Shown here: positions 26,674 through 38,680 of the stretch, piece after piece | Layout: every line of letters starts with the position of its first letter | How positions within the stretch are numbered: the stretch's first letter is position 1 | Notes under the pieces: model-generated | What the model saw: only the letters and a program-made list of their open reading frames with translations | Told to the model about the DNA's origin: nothing | Databases searched by the model: none | Origin: Antedon mediterranea | Lineage: Eukaryota; Animalia; Echinodermata | Assembly: GCF_964355755.1 (NCBI RefSeq) | Contig: NC_092674.1 | Location: 14,942,001-15,006,000 of the forward strand | Length of the DNA: 64,000 bases | Reading direction: 5' to 3' | Position numbers and translations under genes: made by a program

Positions 26674-26713
26674 ATTCAACTATGGACCTATAATTATAGG
26701 TCTATGATTCAAC
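26674..26713. mobile_element. 26-bp palindromic insert with 7-bp TSD (putative P-type excision footprint)
   Basis: ATTCAAC | TATGGACCTATAATTATAGGTCTATG | ATTCAAC. Confidence 0.65.
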
Positions 26714-26750
26714 CAAAAAGTTGCAATAAATCTTATCTTATCTTATCTAA

Positions 26751-28020
26751 GGTTTATTTTGGAAAACAATCAGATTATGATCGCCACAGTCTCGTTCACA
26801 ATAAAAATAATATCCAAGGTCATGGTTAGATGACTTATCAAGACTAATGAAGATACCAATTTTATCTGTGTGGTGATGAGATGTTTTTGGAGGCTGTCCT
26901 AGATGGTGATGGAGTACTTGGACCAACTACTAATGCTGTTTGGAACATTTACTCCAAATGTGATAAAGAAGACAAAACCGAGAACATGAGAACAAAGCTG
27001 AAAGTAGAAATCAACAGACAACACAAAGAAAGTTTAATCAAAAGCATTCTTTTACACAATACTAGTGTTCTGTGTTTTACACGCAGTAGCGAGATCTGTT
27101 GAAAAGTAACTCACATTGGAAGTTCAGTTGATTCTTAAAAGGTCAAACCAGGAAGCACAACTTGGAAATGATAGTGCATTGTACACAAAGGAAAAAGTAA
27201 CTAATTTAGAAAATAATATCAACAAGAGGTGTTTGTTAATCTTGCTTCAAAATTAAATTTGAGACAAACTGGCAGCTTGCTCCTATCAAACTAAATAAAA
27301 CGCATGCGTTAGCCATTATTGCCCAACCACCACCAGATCAGCAAAACATTTTCCCCCATGTTTTACACATGAAAGTGATGTTCAGGAAAGCGGTATCTTC
27401 AGTAATCGCAACTTTGTTTTGTGCGGTAGCATTCCAAAATTTCAAGGGAATTCCTACAACCATGAGAAATTTTCAGAACTGATTAAAACACATGGTGGAA
27501 GAGTTAAAAGAGGATTACCAAAACACAAAACCACTAAAACATACATGATACTAGCAAATGAGAATTTAGCCCCAAAGAAAAAGCTACCAGCACAAATTAA
27601 GGAGATGGGTTTTGAAGTACTATCTTATTCATTTGTGTTTAGATCAGTTACCGATGGAATTGTTGTCAATGCTGAAAACTTCAAAATCAATTTTGAGCAT
27701 TGCAGTTCAACCAAAAATATAGGATTAAGTATGGAACAAAAGTATTTTGGTAAAAAACCGATGTAAACTTTTTTAAACACGAGAAAGAAGCAATTCAAGA
27801 AGAAAAAAAAACAATACGATAACAAATCAAGAGCAATAAGGAATCCAGGGGGTTGCACTATGTTTTAAACAAAATAAAGAAAAACAAGCAAAGTACATCA
27901 TTTGAAGAGAGCAAAGGGTTGTTCAAAGAATATTTTGAGGAGTATAAGTAGATAGATGAATGCGAATGAATACATTTTATAAGTGAATGGGAAGAGGAGA
28001 TGCAAAATAAGAAAGAAGTT
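26751..28020 (+). pseudogene. Degraded ORF: transposase-like C-terminus plus BRCT domain plus possible HMG-box
   Basis: KVYFGKQSDYDRHSLVHNKN; BRCT-like SGIFSNRNFVLCGSIPK...FSELIKTHGGRV...YMILAN...VLSYSFVFRSV (~27390-27660); basic tract then RNPGGCTMF...SFEESKGLFKEYFEEYK. Confidence 0.5.
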
Positions 28021-28425
28021 GGACAGAAGAACAATGCAAAAAGGCCACCGTATTACAATTATATATAGCTTTTTTTAGCTTTTTAATTGCAGTTTTTCAA
28101 TATCACAATCTATATTTATAACTTCAAAACATAGAAAACAATTATAATGATTTGTTGTTGGTACAATACAGTAGGTAGTGATTGCCAAAATATAATTTTA
28201 CAATGGTTTTACTTTTTATATTTTCATTTTTCCTACAGTAATACATGTCAAGTGAAAAAAAAATTGCTTTAACATGTTAAATTGATTATTCTAATTACAA
28301 ATTTTGGTGTAGTATGTAGTATTGATAAATTTGTTAGATTTTTGGTAGGCAGTGATTGCCGAAATATAATTTTATAATGCAAATTACAAATTTACTCTTT
28401 ATTAGATATATTTTTTCATCCACAG

Positions 28426-30080
28426 GTACACACGCATGACTCCAGAAAGATTCCAACATCTCCTCAGGTTAGTGGGGCCAACAATCACCAAAAGACCATG
28501 CAACAGTTCCATCAATGCGGAAGAGCGCCTTACAGTAACTCTTAGATATCTGGCAACAGGTAATTCTCAGAGTTCGCAGGCATTCAATTTCAGGATGGGA
28601 AGATCCACTATAAGCAACATAGTAAAAGAAACATGCTCAGCTATTTGGAGTGTATTACAGCCTGTATATATGAGGATGCCATCAACTAAAGACGACTGGC
28701 AGACCATTTCTGTACAATTTTTTGACCGATGGAATTTTCCACATGTTTTAGGAGCTGTGAATGGAAAACATGTGTGCATAGAATGTCCCAGTAATGGGGG
28801 TTCTATGTACTACAACTACAAGAACTTTCACAGTACAGTAATAATGGGTATCTGTGATGCTAAGTACACATTCACCTATGTTGACATCGGGGGAAACGGA
28901 AGAGACAACGATGCAGCTCTGTTTCAGGACACGGACATCTATAAAGGATTGGAGAATGACACATTGCCAGTGCCCTATGCAGAAGAAGTAAATGGGTATA
29001 AACTGCCGTATGTTTTAGTAGGGGATGAAATCTTGATGAAGCCATACCAAGGGCCAGACGCACGATTGAGAATGCCTATGGGATACTTTCGGCTAGATGG
29101 AGAATATATCGTCGACCTATTCGAGCTGCAGTCTCCACCGTTGACGAAATTGCTCTGATTGGTTATCTGGATTCAAAAGATGATTCAATGACAGGCTTCT
29201 TAGACAGTATTAATATTTTTCACAAATGGTGTAAAGATAATTTTTTAGATCTAAATATAAATAAAACTAAAGAGATGGTTTTTGATTTTCGGAAGAAGAT
29301 AAACTACCTTCCCAAGATCAAAATTAATGGTGAGACCATTCCGGAAGTTAAAACTTACAAATATTTAGGGGTTGAAATTGATAATAAACTTAAATTTGAT
29401 GCAAATAGTAGGTGCATATACAATAAATTACAAAAACGTCTCTTCTTTCTACGCAAATTAAACTCTTTTAAGATTGACCGTACTATTTTACAACTTTTTT
29501 ATACTTCTATCTTAAACAGTGTACTTAGTTTTTGCCTAATATGTTATTATGGTAATTCACGTTTTAAAGATAGACTTTTACTTAATAAAACAAGGCAGTA
29601 GAATAGTAGGCTCTGAACAAATTCAACCTGAAGTTTTATATAAGGAATTAGTAATTAAAAAATTGAAAATTATTTTAAAAGACCACGCTCATCCTCTGCA
29701 CTATAAATTTAACAAAAGTCAACGTTGTGACAGACTCCTTCAAAGAAAAATTAAAACAAATAGATATGGCAATTCATTCGTCCCTGCCGCTATACAATTA
29801 TATAATGAATGATAATATCATTCATTATATAATCGTATAATCGTATTTTATGCGCTAGTTTTATTTTTTGTAGTATTTTAAATCGACTTTAGGATTTTAT
29901 ATGTATATTTTGTATGGCTTTTTTTTTATCGTATTTTATATTTTATGTACTGTATCCATTTTATATTTGTATGTACTGTACTTTTGAAAAGGCCAACAGA
30001 GTTTCCCCATGGGGATAATAAAGTTTTAATTGAATTGAATTGTCAAGGCTACACTTTGTCTCCATAACTACCGTTGCAAA
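28426..30080 (+). pseudogene. PIF/Harbinger transposase, copy 2, interrupted by a LINE
   Basis: RMTPERFQHLL...EERLTVTLRYLATG...WNFPHVLGAVNGKHV...YYNYKNFHS...PYVLVGDE; resumes after the insertion as VKATLCLHNY at 30043. Confidence 0.92.
29153..30042 (+). mobile_element. 5'-truncated Rex-Babar-type LINE
   Basis: WCKDNFLDLNINKTKEMVFDFRK, YKYLGVEIDNKL, KRLFFLRKL, HPLH, TNRYGNSFVPAAI; 3' TTTCCCCATGGGGATAATAAAG plus (AATTG)n tail. Confidence 0.85.
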
Positions 30081-30929
30081 TGGAAGCCACAATTCACATT
30101 GAGTACCACCTTAGTGTCAAACATTAATTGACAAGGTACTTGCATTTACTAGTTTGTACACAGGCGCGAAAAAGTTTCTTCATCTTATGACGTCACTATC
30201 AGAGGTTACCGGAAAATGTCGAAAAAACCCGAATAGTCGTGAACTGAGAGCAATTGCGCGAAATAGCAGAAAACACTTTAATTATGTCCTGAAAACGTTT
30301 AATTTATTGTTTGTTTAATGTCCATCAGGGGAAACAACTATAATTATAATACTACTATTTTGCAAAACCTTTAAATACCATGTTCCATGATCTTTTAATG
30401 ACTTTCTGTTAATTTGATTGTCTTTACCCCAACAGCTTTGTTTTGATACTTGTTTTATAGTTAAAAAACAAATCCTAAACTGGTATAGTCTTAATAGAAG
30501 ACACAATACATTAAAAACATTTATTCAGTTCCATGAAAATAATTTTGTTGATGATAAAATAAAATCCATACTGTAGTTTAATCAACTCCCTATTGGTATT
30601 TATAACTTCTTTCATTCAATTTAATTTATTTTTTTTATTTAATACAGTCAGATAGTACTGGAAGGTGTTGTTACCGCAGTTGTTATTGCAAACTGTTGTT
30701 GATGCCCTAGAATAATAACTTCGGCCTAGTATACAAGATGCAAAAAATATGGTATTATAAAGACTGGAAGAAACAGAGAAATACTGCGGTATTTATATAT
30801 CTATTGCCAACTATATACCACAGAACACAAAAGCTGTACAGAAAAAAAATGTAAGGACTTCTCCATGTAACAATTTTATGACATGTCAATTTCAAACCAA
30901 GAAGCAAAAAAAAAAAAAAAAAAGGTATT

Positions 30930-31975
30930 CGCCGCCAATCGACAGTTGCCACAATCTGGAAAAAAACATGTTTTAACAAACGAAAACCCTGCAAATGCAT
31001 TCAAAGCGGCTTATGTTTAGACACCGATCTTTGAGAAGGTTGACATGGCCCTTTACACTTGCAACGTTCGAGAGGAGTATTGTTATCAGGCCCCTTGTTA
31101 CGCGAGAAAGCGATAGTTTTTGCAGAAAATTTGTATCCTGGACAAAAATGTTTGGCTAGCGATGGGTGGCTTGATAAATATAAAGCTTGTCATGGCATTA
31201 GATGGATTATCCTTCAAGGAGAATCGCTATCAGCACACACAGATGCCATTGGGCGATTTAAAATAAAACTCCACAAAATTATTGAGGACAATCAGCTTTC
31301 AAGAGCTCAGATATTCAATGCCGCACCGATCATTAGTTCTACGAAATGAAAACGCAAAAAATTTGAAACAGTCAAAAGACAGGATAACACTCATGGGGTG
31401 TGCTAACGCTGACGGGACATTTAAATTGCCGTTAATATTTATCCAGCAATCGAAAAAAACCTCATTGCTACAAGAACGATGACATGTCCAGCCTTCCAAT
31501 AAGATATCACAACCAACACAAAGCTTGGATGGATGCATCAATATTTAAGCAATGGTTCCATAAAGAGTTTGTCCCGACTGTTCGTAGATGGCGTCAGGAA
31601 AACAACGTCCAATACAAGATCCTGCTCTTACTGGACAATGCACCATCACATCCATCGAAGGAGGACCTTGTTTCAGAAGATGGAAATGTCTGGGTGGAAT
31701 ATTTGCCACCAAATACAACCAGTGTTATCCAACCAATGAATTTTGGAACCATTAAAACGGCGATATAAGAAACACCTCCTACGACATATTCCTGAAAATG
31801 TCTGGGTGGGTCAACACAGTCAGGTTGTTGGCGAAATCAAGAAACACCTCTTACGACATATTTTTGCAAATGATGACGATATACCCGATAGCATTAAACA
31901 TCTCACCATAAAAGATTGTGTTGGGTGGATATCGCAGTCATGAGAAGATGCCACTGTAACAAATCTGAAAAGAAG
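30930..31975 (+). pseudogene. pogo/Tigger (jerky-like) transposase
   Basis: CENP-B HTH LSGPLLREKA...ASDGWLDKYK...GESLSA; KQSKDRITLMGCANADG; AWMD..IFKQWF...LLLLDNAPSH...LPPNTTSVIQPM (DDE_1); frameshifts. Confidence 0.92.
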
Positions 31976-31989
31976 CTGGCGGCAGGTGG

Positions 31990-32260
31990 TGCCTTCTACC
32001 GTTCACAAGCTACCGACTCTGACTATTTGAGAAACCTTGACACAGCTCTTGGCAAGATCCCTCGACAAGCATCAGTATGGTTGTTAGGAGACTTCAACCT
32101 ACCAGATATGGACTGGGAAAACTTCAAATTTAAAACCGGTGGTTACCACCCTGGACCAAGCAAAGCAATGTTAGAGATAGCTCTAGATAACAACTTGCAT
32201 CAACAGATTAAACAACCTACAAGACTAAATAACATTCTTGACTTGTGCTTCACACAATTT
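31990..32260 (+). pseudogene. LINE APE endonuclease fragment
   Basis: GAFYRS...WLLGDFNLPDMDW...QPTRLNNILDLCFT. Confidence 0.85.
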
Positions 32261-32284
32261 GTCGAGAGCACCAAAATCTGTTAC

Positions 32285-32910
32285 CTCTCATTTTACACCT
32301 ATATCATGTGGAGTCCCCCAAGGTTCACTGCTTGGCCCACTTTTATTTTCTTTATATATAAATGACATTTGTTCATCCTCTAAATTATTTTCTTTCTGCC
32401 TCTATGCTGACGATACTACCCTCCTTTATACAAATCCAAATATTCAGTCACTTTTTGCGGTTGTCAACCAGGAACTGACTAAAGTGTGTGAATATTTCCG
32501 AGCAAACAAACTTTCCGTAAACGTTAAGAAATGCTGTTCTATTTTATTCGAAACACTCGCAAACCTGTAAATCTTGATGATAGACATATTAAAATTAATG
32601 AACATATTGTTCCACTCGTTGAAAATACAAAATTTCTTGGTGTTACCATTGATTCAGGTCTCACTTGGAAGCAACATATGAAAGAAATTGAAAATAAAAT
32701 ATCCAAAAATACTTTGTAATGAGACACACAGATGGTATGTTGATACTTTATCCAACGAGATTAACATTAATCCTAAAAGATTCTGGTCATTGATTTATCT
32801 ATTTCTACCGGAAAATGTCCTGATGTACTGTATGGAAGTATGCCATTGTTTGTATCACATAAACAAATTACTAACTACCGACCTATTTTCTTGCTTCCAT
32901 GCATCTGCAC
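32285..32910 (+). pseudogene. LINE RT fragments (two or three sources)
   Basis: CGVPQGSLLGPLLFSLYIND...LYADDT...KFLGVTIDSGLTWKQH; then out-of-order pieces NPKRFWS and WKYAIV...NYRPI. Confidence 0.88.
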
Positions 32911-33189
32911 TGCATTTTTTGATGTAGGACTACGTTTGATGGTTTTGATTCCAGCAATCAAAACAATTAGTTACGCACTTGTCTATCTGTGTCGCTTTGT
33001 CCAGCTCACTGCGGTTTACGCGTCCATATAACTGTACCCGACAGTTACAATTCATTAGAATGCTAGTAATAATTGCAACAATTGCAATTATATTTTCCTT
33101 GCCTTAGGCCTACCTTGGTTTTCAATCTTAGGTTAAACCACAGATATTGCAGTAGATAGTAATAATAATTTTCTAGGAATCTACTATTA

Positions 33190-33665
33190 AGACATATCAA
33201 TGAAAAAGTCATTTGCTGCTTTCCCGAAATGATTTTCATTGATGCGAATGCGATTATACATTATGATGGGAGAGGATGGCAATGAGCAAAGCGAGATATT
33301 TGCCACCTTTCTTTTATCAAGTGAATAGAATAATATTATTGCCAAAATAAAAGATCAAGAGAAGCAATTCAGATTGGAGAAAGACAAAATCAATAATATC
33401 TGACAAGGACTTTACTGAAAGGCTCGTCTTAAAGAGTGAGTTCCCAAAAGCCAACTTGTTGATTTGCCTCTTTCATGTTCTCAGGACAATTTGCAGAGAG
33501 GTTACCACAGCAAAGATGTGCATCACTGCTGACCAGCGGAATCTAAGTGGACAGGAATGACCAGCGTTGGCATGATAAGCACCATGAGTGCGTCAAAGGG
33601 CTGAAGTCTGAAAACTTAATGTTCAGAAACAATAATCGACTGGAATCGCTGAATCAGAAGTGTGT
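33190..33665 (+). pseudogene. MULE (ZSWIM3-like) transposase fragment
   Basis: FAAFPEMIFIDA...EDGNEQSEI...IISDKDFTERLVLKSEFPKANLLICLFHVLR...NNRLESLNQK. Confidence 0.85.
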
Positions 33666-35079
33666 AGATGCCATGCAAGTCTTGATGAATTCTGCCATGA
33701 TTTTAGGATTTTTCTCAAATCCACCAGACAATCCTAAGACCATAAAGCTACAGTATGGCAGTATTCCAAAAGTACAGGTATTAATTACTGCTTCGTTCCC
33801 AAGCCCAACCCTTCGTAGCCTACGCGTGGGGTATTGATTTATAATCACAAACCCACAAAGTATTGTCTTTTGATCGCAATCCCATGAAAGGTATTGTTTT
33901 TTTATCGCGTTCCCATTTGCTCCCATGGGAAGGTATTGTTTTTTTAGGATTGCAATACGAGTAATACTGCATGCTAGATTGGTACTTTGTAGGAACTCCA
34001 AAGCGTAGGGTGCGTGGTACTTCATTGGTTTTTTTTAAACATTAATCGCTAGACTCTGGGCCTAGCTAGCTAGGCTAAATAAAAATATCGAGTGTAACTG
34101 CTGTATTTTCAATCATTGTACCCCTTGATTCATTGATAACAATGTTGTTTGCTATCACATTAGAATAGACGCGTGGAATAACAATGCCTGTCGTAGGATC
34201 GCGATAAAAACACTATGCAGTTCGTAGAATCATGGAACTATAATATAAGAAGGAATACCAACTGATTACAGCGCATTAAATCTGAGCATCCTGATTGGTC
34301 CGCGCAAACCGGTTCAAATATACCGCCTCTGTGATCACTGGCCGTGAGATCGCTTTGTTACAGTCGAAGTAACCGATCAAAATCACGCTCGTTGCATGGC
34401 TTCATAGCAACTAGGTGTGCCCCAACCATGTATTATTTTACGTGTTAGTGTATTATTCCGCTAGAGAGGGAAATCGGAAAATCTTCCATCTATTGTTCAG
34501 TTTATAAACGAAAAAAGATCTCCAAAAATCGGCGAATTCTTTGGTATTTTACCGTAAGTTGAAGTGTTTTTCTTTAAACTATGAAATTTGGGGTATATTT
34601 TATTAACCCGGTCAATCCCAGTCTTAACATCGTAGTTTCAATGTTTAAATGTTGTTTTAAAAAATGAAATCGTCCTCCATGTCTTCCGGGGCTTTCCGGA
34701 GGAGAAAACAACAAAGCAACTGGGGTGATTTCGGTCGGGAAGAGTGCGTTGGTTAGATAGGCCAAATATCAATGGCTAGGCCGGTGTACCGAGTGTCGTA
34801 CCATGGTCGTACTAAGTGGTTGTAACTATATTGAAGAAGATAGGGGTGATGACTCTGGTTCATCAATACGGCACATTACCTGTACTCGGAGTATAGACAA
34901 TAGCAAAACAATATGTGATGTTTGCTCAATGTAAAGGAGTACCCTCCTTGCTATGAGATCTAAGTTATCAAAAAAGAAAGCAGATGATCCTATTAACTCT
35001 CATGCAAGGCATGAGCCAGCTATTGAATCTAGTGGAAAAGGATATTGGTGCTGGTAGTGGTTTACGCAAATTACACAAA

Positions 35080-36270
35080 TTGAAGAGCATCTCTATTTAA
35101 CACCAACCCTACGTATGAAAGTGAAATTGGCAGTCCAGGTAAGAAAAGAGTTTTGGTTGATTGTCAATAATTTTCTCTGTACATTACAAAAGTGTGAATG
35201 TGTAACTGTTGACTTCCGAAGTTCAATAACTTCCAAGTACAGTTAAACTTAAGCCCAACTTGGACAGCGTCAAATTACTATATGGCTAAACTCCACCCTC
35301 AACGCATCATTAGAATTATGTTCTTATTAAATTTGTGATTCTTTCATTCAGGTCCTCAGCAACAGTGTGGCGAAGGCTTTTGAAGTACAATGACGACATG
35401 ATACCAAGTCTGTAATGGAGTTTATTACGAACATGAACATGTTTTTTGACTGTTTTTGAATGTAACAAAAGTAGAGAGGCGAAAGAACTACGTCAATGAA
35501 AATCTAAGAGAGTTCAGAGATGTACATGATCCAAGACTTAAGGTAATTTGTTTAAACCAAATTGCATTAACTTTTAGAATTAATGATTATTCTACAGGTC
35601 TCAATCCAGTTTGGTAGCCAGAAAAGGGGCGGGGCTTCACCAACAGTGGTCTTTAATTGCAGGGAGACATGTATTTTATTTTTGTAATTACAGTATTAAT
35701 TTTGTTTTTGAAATTTACAGTGGTTGGAAGAAGAATTTCTTGGTTTCCTAAAGCGATGCGAGGATCAATGCAATGCCACACCCAACTTGACACGGACTCA
35801 GAAGAGCAGAATGTGTCTGAGTTTAGAAACTCTGGAAGGCCTTCGAATATCAGGTACAGTACATGATGTTGTTGACAGTAACCCTGAACATAGAACTACA
35901 GTATACTATAATAAAAAATGATGTTCCTACCTGATGAAATGGCATGGCAAACATATTTTAAATACACTAAAAATTGTATGCTCAAGTTGATAACTTTCAT
36001 GTTACTTCATAATGATAATATTGGTAAGGTTTAGTAAGACTTCAATATGGTAATGATGTTGTCTGTTTAATTACAGTTAAGTCATTTGTGGCATTGACCA
36101 GGGAGTTGTTGGTGCTACCTGGTGTGGAGTTTTTGAGTGAGAAGCTGAACCAGAATCCTCTGTAGGAGTACTTCAGCAAACAGCGTGGCTGCAGTGGCAG
36201 AAATGAAAACCCAACTGTTAAGGAATTCCAGCATAATTCGCTAACCTTGCAAGTAGCTGGTTCTTGCATT
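35080..36270 (+). pseudogene. P-element (THAP9-like) transposase, C-terminal exons
   Basis: RMKVKLAVQ|VLSNSVA...FFDC...DPRLK|WLEEEFL...MCLSLETLEGLRIS|...LSEKLNQNPL.EYFSKQRGCSGRNENPTV, with GT-AG introns. Confidence 0.9.
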
Positions 36271-36299
36271 TTGCCATCTTCCTTGGTAATGCAACATAC

Positions 36300-36722
36300 A
36301 AGCTTGTCTGGCTTTCTAAAGGCTTACACGAAGTTGTCATGGCCTTCAAAAATAAAAAATTGTCGTAATTGCCGAAAAAATAATGGAGTGTATGTCCATT
36401 CGATTCAGAGACATTGAACATGACAACAAAATCACATGCCTCAAAGTGCATGACTGCATGCTGTGAGCCAAAGACAAAGACCAGCTATCTAATTACGGTA
36501 TTGATATCCTAGACACATTCATTGACGAGTTCGCTGATCTATTATCTGCAAATCAGGTAAACACTGACAACTTCGAAATTGAATGGGCTAATTTGAAGCA
36601 CTTCTGGTTGGAAAATCTTGATTATCTCCCTAGATCAGATTTGTGAAACACCGTGATCAAGCATTATGCTGACGTATACCCTAATCTGATTCATGTCATC
36701 AATGTGTTAATAGTCTTCCCAG
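36300..36722 (+). pseudogene. hAT (ZNF862-like) transposase fragment
   Basis: RFRDIE...KDKDQLSNYG...EIEWANLK...YPNLIHVINVLIVFP. Confidence 0.6.
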
Positions 36723-37303
36723 GTATAGTTCGCCTAATTATTACTGTTATTTTACAGACTGATACTAAAGTAATAATATTAAGGCATTTCTAATATCGTC
36801 CAAAAGGTAAGGTCATTCCTAATATTGTTTAAAAGGTAACCCGCTGGAAAAAAGCCCGTCGGCAGCACATCGGCGAACTTTCGACCCCAATGCGTCTGGT
36901 TACCGACCTCTATTCCACGGAAATGCGTCCATGATTAGTTAGTAGAACGACGTTATGTTGCACAATAGACAGATATTAATCAAGATAAAATGTCTGTAGA
37001 TAAACTATGTATAAACTATCAATTACGCATAATCATTTTAATCAATGTTTGGCACTCGACCTTAATTAAGCGTCTTAAGCCATCAAGATAATAATATGCC
37101 TCTGCCGACACAAAGCTATTATTAATTGTGAATTCACAACCACCGCCGCTTTTTTTCTAAAAATTTTCACATTTATTTCAATTATACAGTGATGTAGGCC
37201 AATTTTTAAAGAACATTTTACAGTAAATTTTTCCCTCATACGATCTTCCGTTCAAGAGTTACGATTTTTTAATTAACATGGTGTCCTGAAATTGTAATTT
37301 TAG

Positions 37304-37372
37304 TTGGTTACGCTTCGTTGCACGGCATTGTTTGTCATCAATCGAAGATGTCTTCCGTTTCGTGAAAAAGGC
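37304..37372. repeat. ~68-bp diverged direct repeat, second copy at ~45091-45156
   Basis: TGGTTACGCTTCGTTGCACGGCATTGTTTGTCATC...CGTGAAAA vs TGGTTACGCCTCGCTGCACAGCATTGTTTGTCATC...CGTGAAAA. Confidence 0.8.
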
Positions 37373-38680
37373 GTATTGGATCGATTAGTCCTAAACTTGG
37401 CTTGTATGCCAGGAGTTTCGTTAGTAGCCAGCAACCGGCGCATTCGACCGTCTACTTTGCCATTTTCGCCGTCTACTTTCTGTCTACTTAGGCCTACACG
37501 GCCTAGGCTAGTAGGGCTAGGCTAGCTCCCAGCGTGAGTACTTTTATTAATCAAGAACAATACGTACGTGTTTGTTGTTATTACGTTCTCGCGACGACAC
37601 GATAATGAGGGATTAAAATAGGATTGTAATTAAATATTTAATCAATTATTTTACAATGTAATCTGTAGGCCTACACGAAAGGCCCGGACGTGTGGAATTT
37701 TTCTTTCAAACTTTTCGCACTGTGTGTATAGCATGCGTTTCCGCTTGACCAGTCAGAGGCATTGTTAGAAATCCTTCAACCGTGACATGATCTACCCGCC
37801 GTCAACGGCGAATACACCAACGCGATGGATTCGCTAAAAATGACATATGATGTACTGATATAAACAACTCGAATTATAAACTACCTAATATTTCGAGAAA
37901 AAAAATCATTTTTAGCACTTAGAATTTTTTGTTATAGATTTAAATGAACATAACATGTAAAACTATATTATCTTGGCGTAGGAAAACAAATTTTAATTTG
38001 TGAGAGGCTCAACCACGCTGAAGGTGGGAAGTCCCCTTCTGGTGGACCGCATGTAGCCGTTTTGCGTTGAAATTTGTCGCACGGGCTTGTGGTACACGTG
38101 TCGTTAACTGTATTATTCTTCACATAGTTAATATGATGCATTGTTAATCAAACTTTTAGATTAATAAATAATTAGACACCAAAGCCATTTTTTCATAGTA
38201 TATTTATTCTCAGAGTAATTGATAATCAAAAATTGTTTACTATACTAGTTTAGGCGTAGTGAAGAAAAATAGCACGTCAAAGAAATCGCGCGCATAGTAA
38301 CGTACCGTAGTTTTGAATCGTGGCAAGCAAAATACTGCTCTGGGACGCGCGCGTCTCGGACTCCCTAATATAGACCTAGCCTATATTATTATTATTAATA
38401 ATATTTTATTAAACTTCCTAACGTCATAAAATAAGGAACCACGCATTTTAAATTAATAAAGTACATAACAAATGGGAGTACTGTAAAATAATTGCTAAAT
38501 ACGTCGGGCCAAAAAAGTTTCGTGCGTGAAATCTAGAGGAGGAAAATATTTCTTTCACATGACCTTCCTTAGATAAAGGTTATCATCGGTTTTTGCATGC
38601 CATTTCAATGACGATGAGATGGTAGATTTTCTCTCCTATTTATTAGTGATTACCTGATCCTGTAGGAAAAAAAAATCATC

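Noticed and set aside
27846-27860. CAGGGGGTTGCA as the left TIR of the hAT ending at 44900
   Set aside because: Match is short and imperfect, lies inside another coding remnant 11 kb from the transposase start, and has no matching 8-bp TSD
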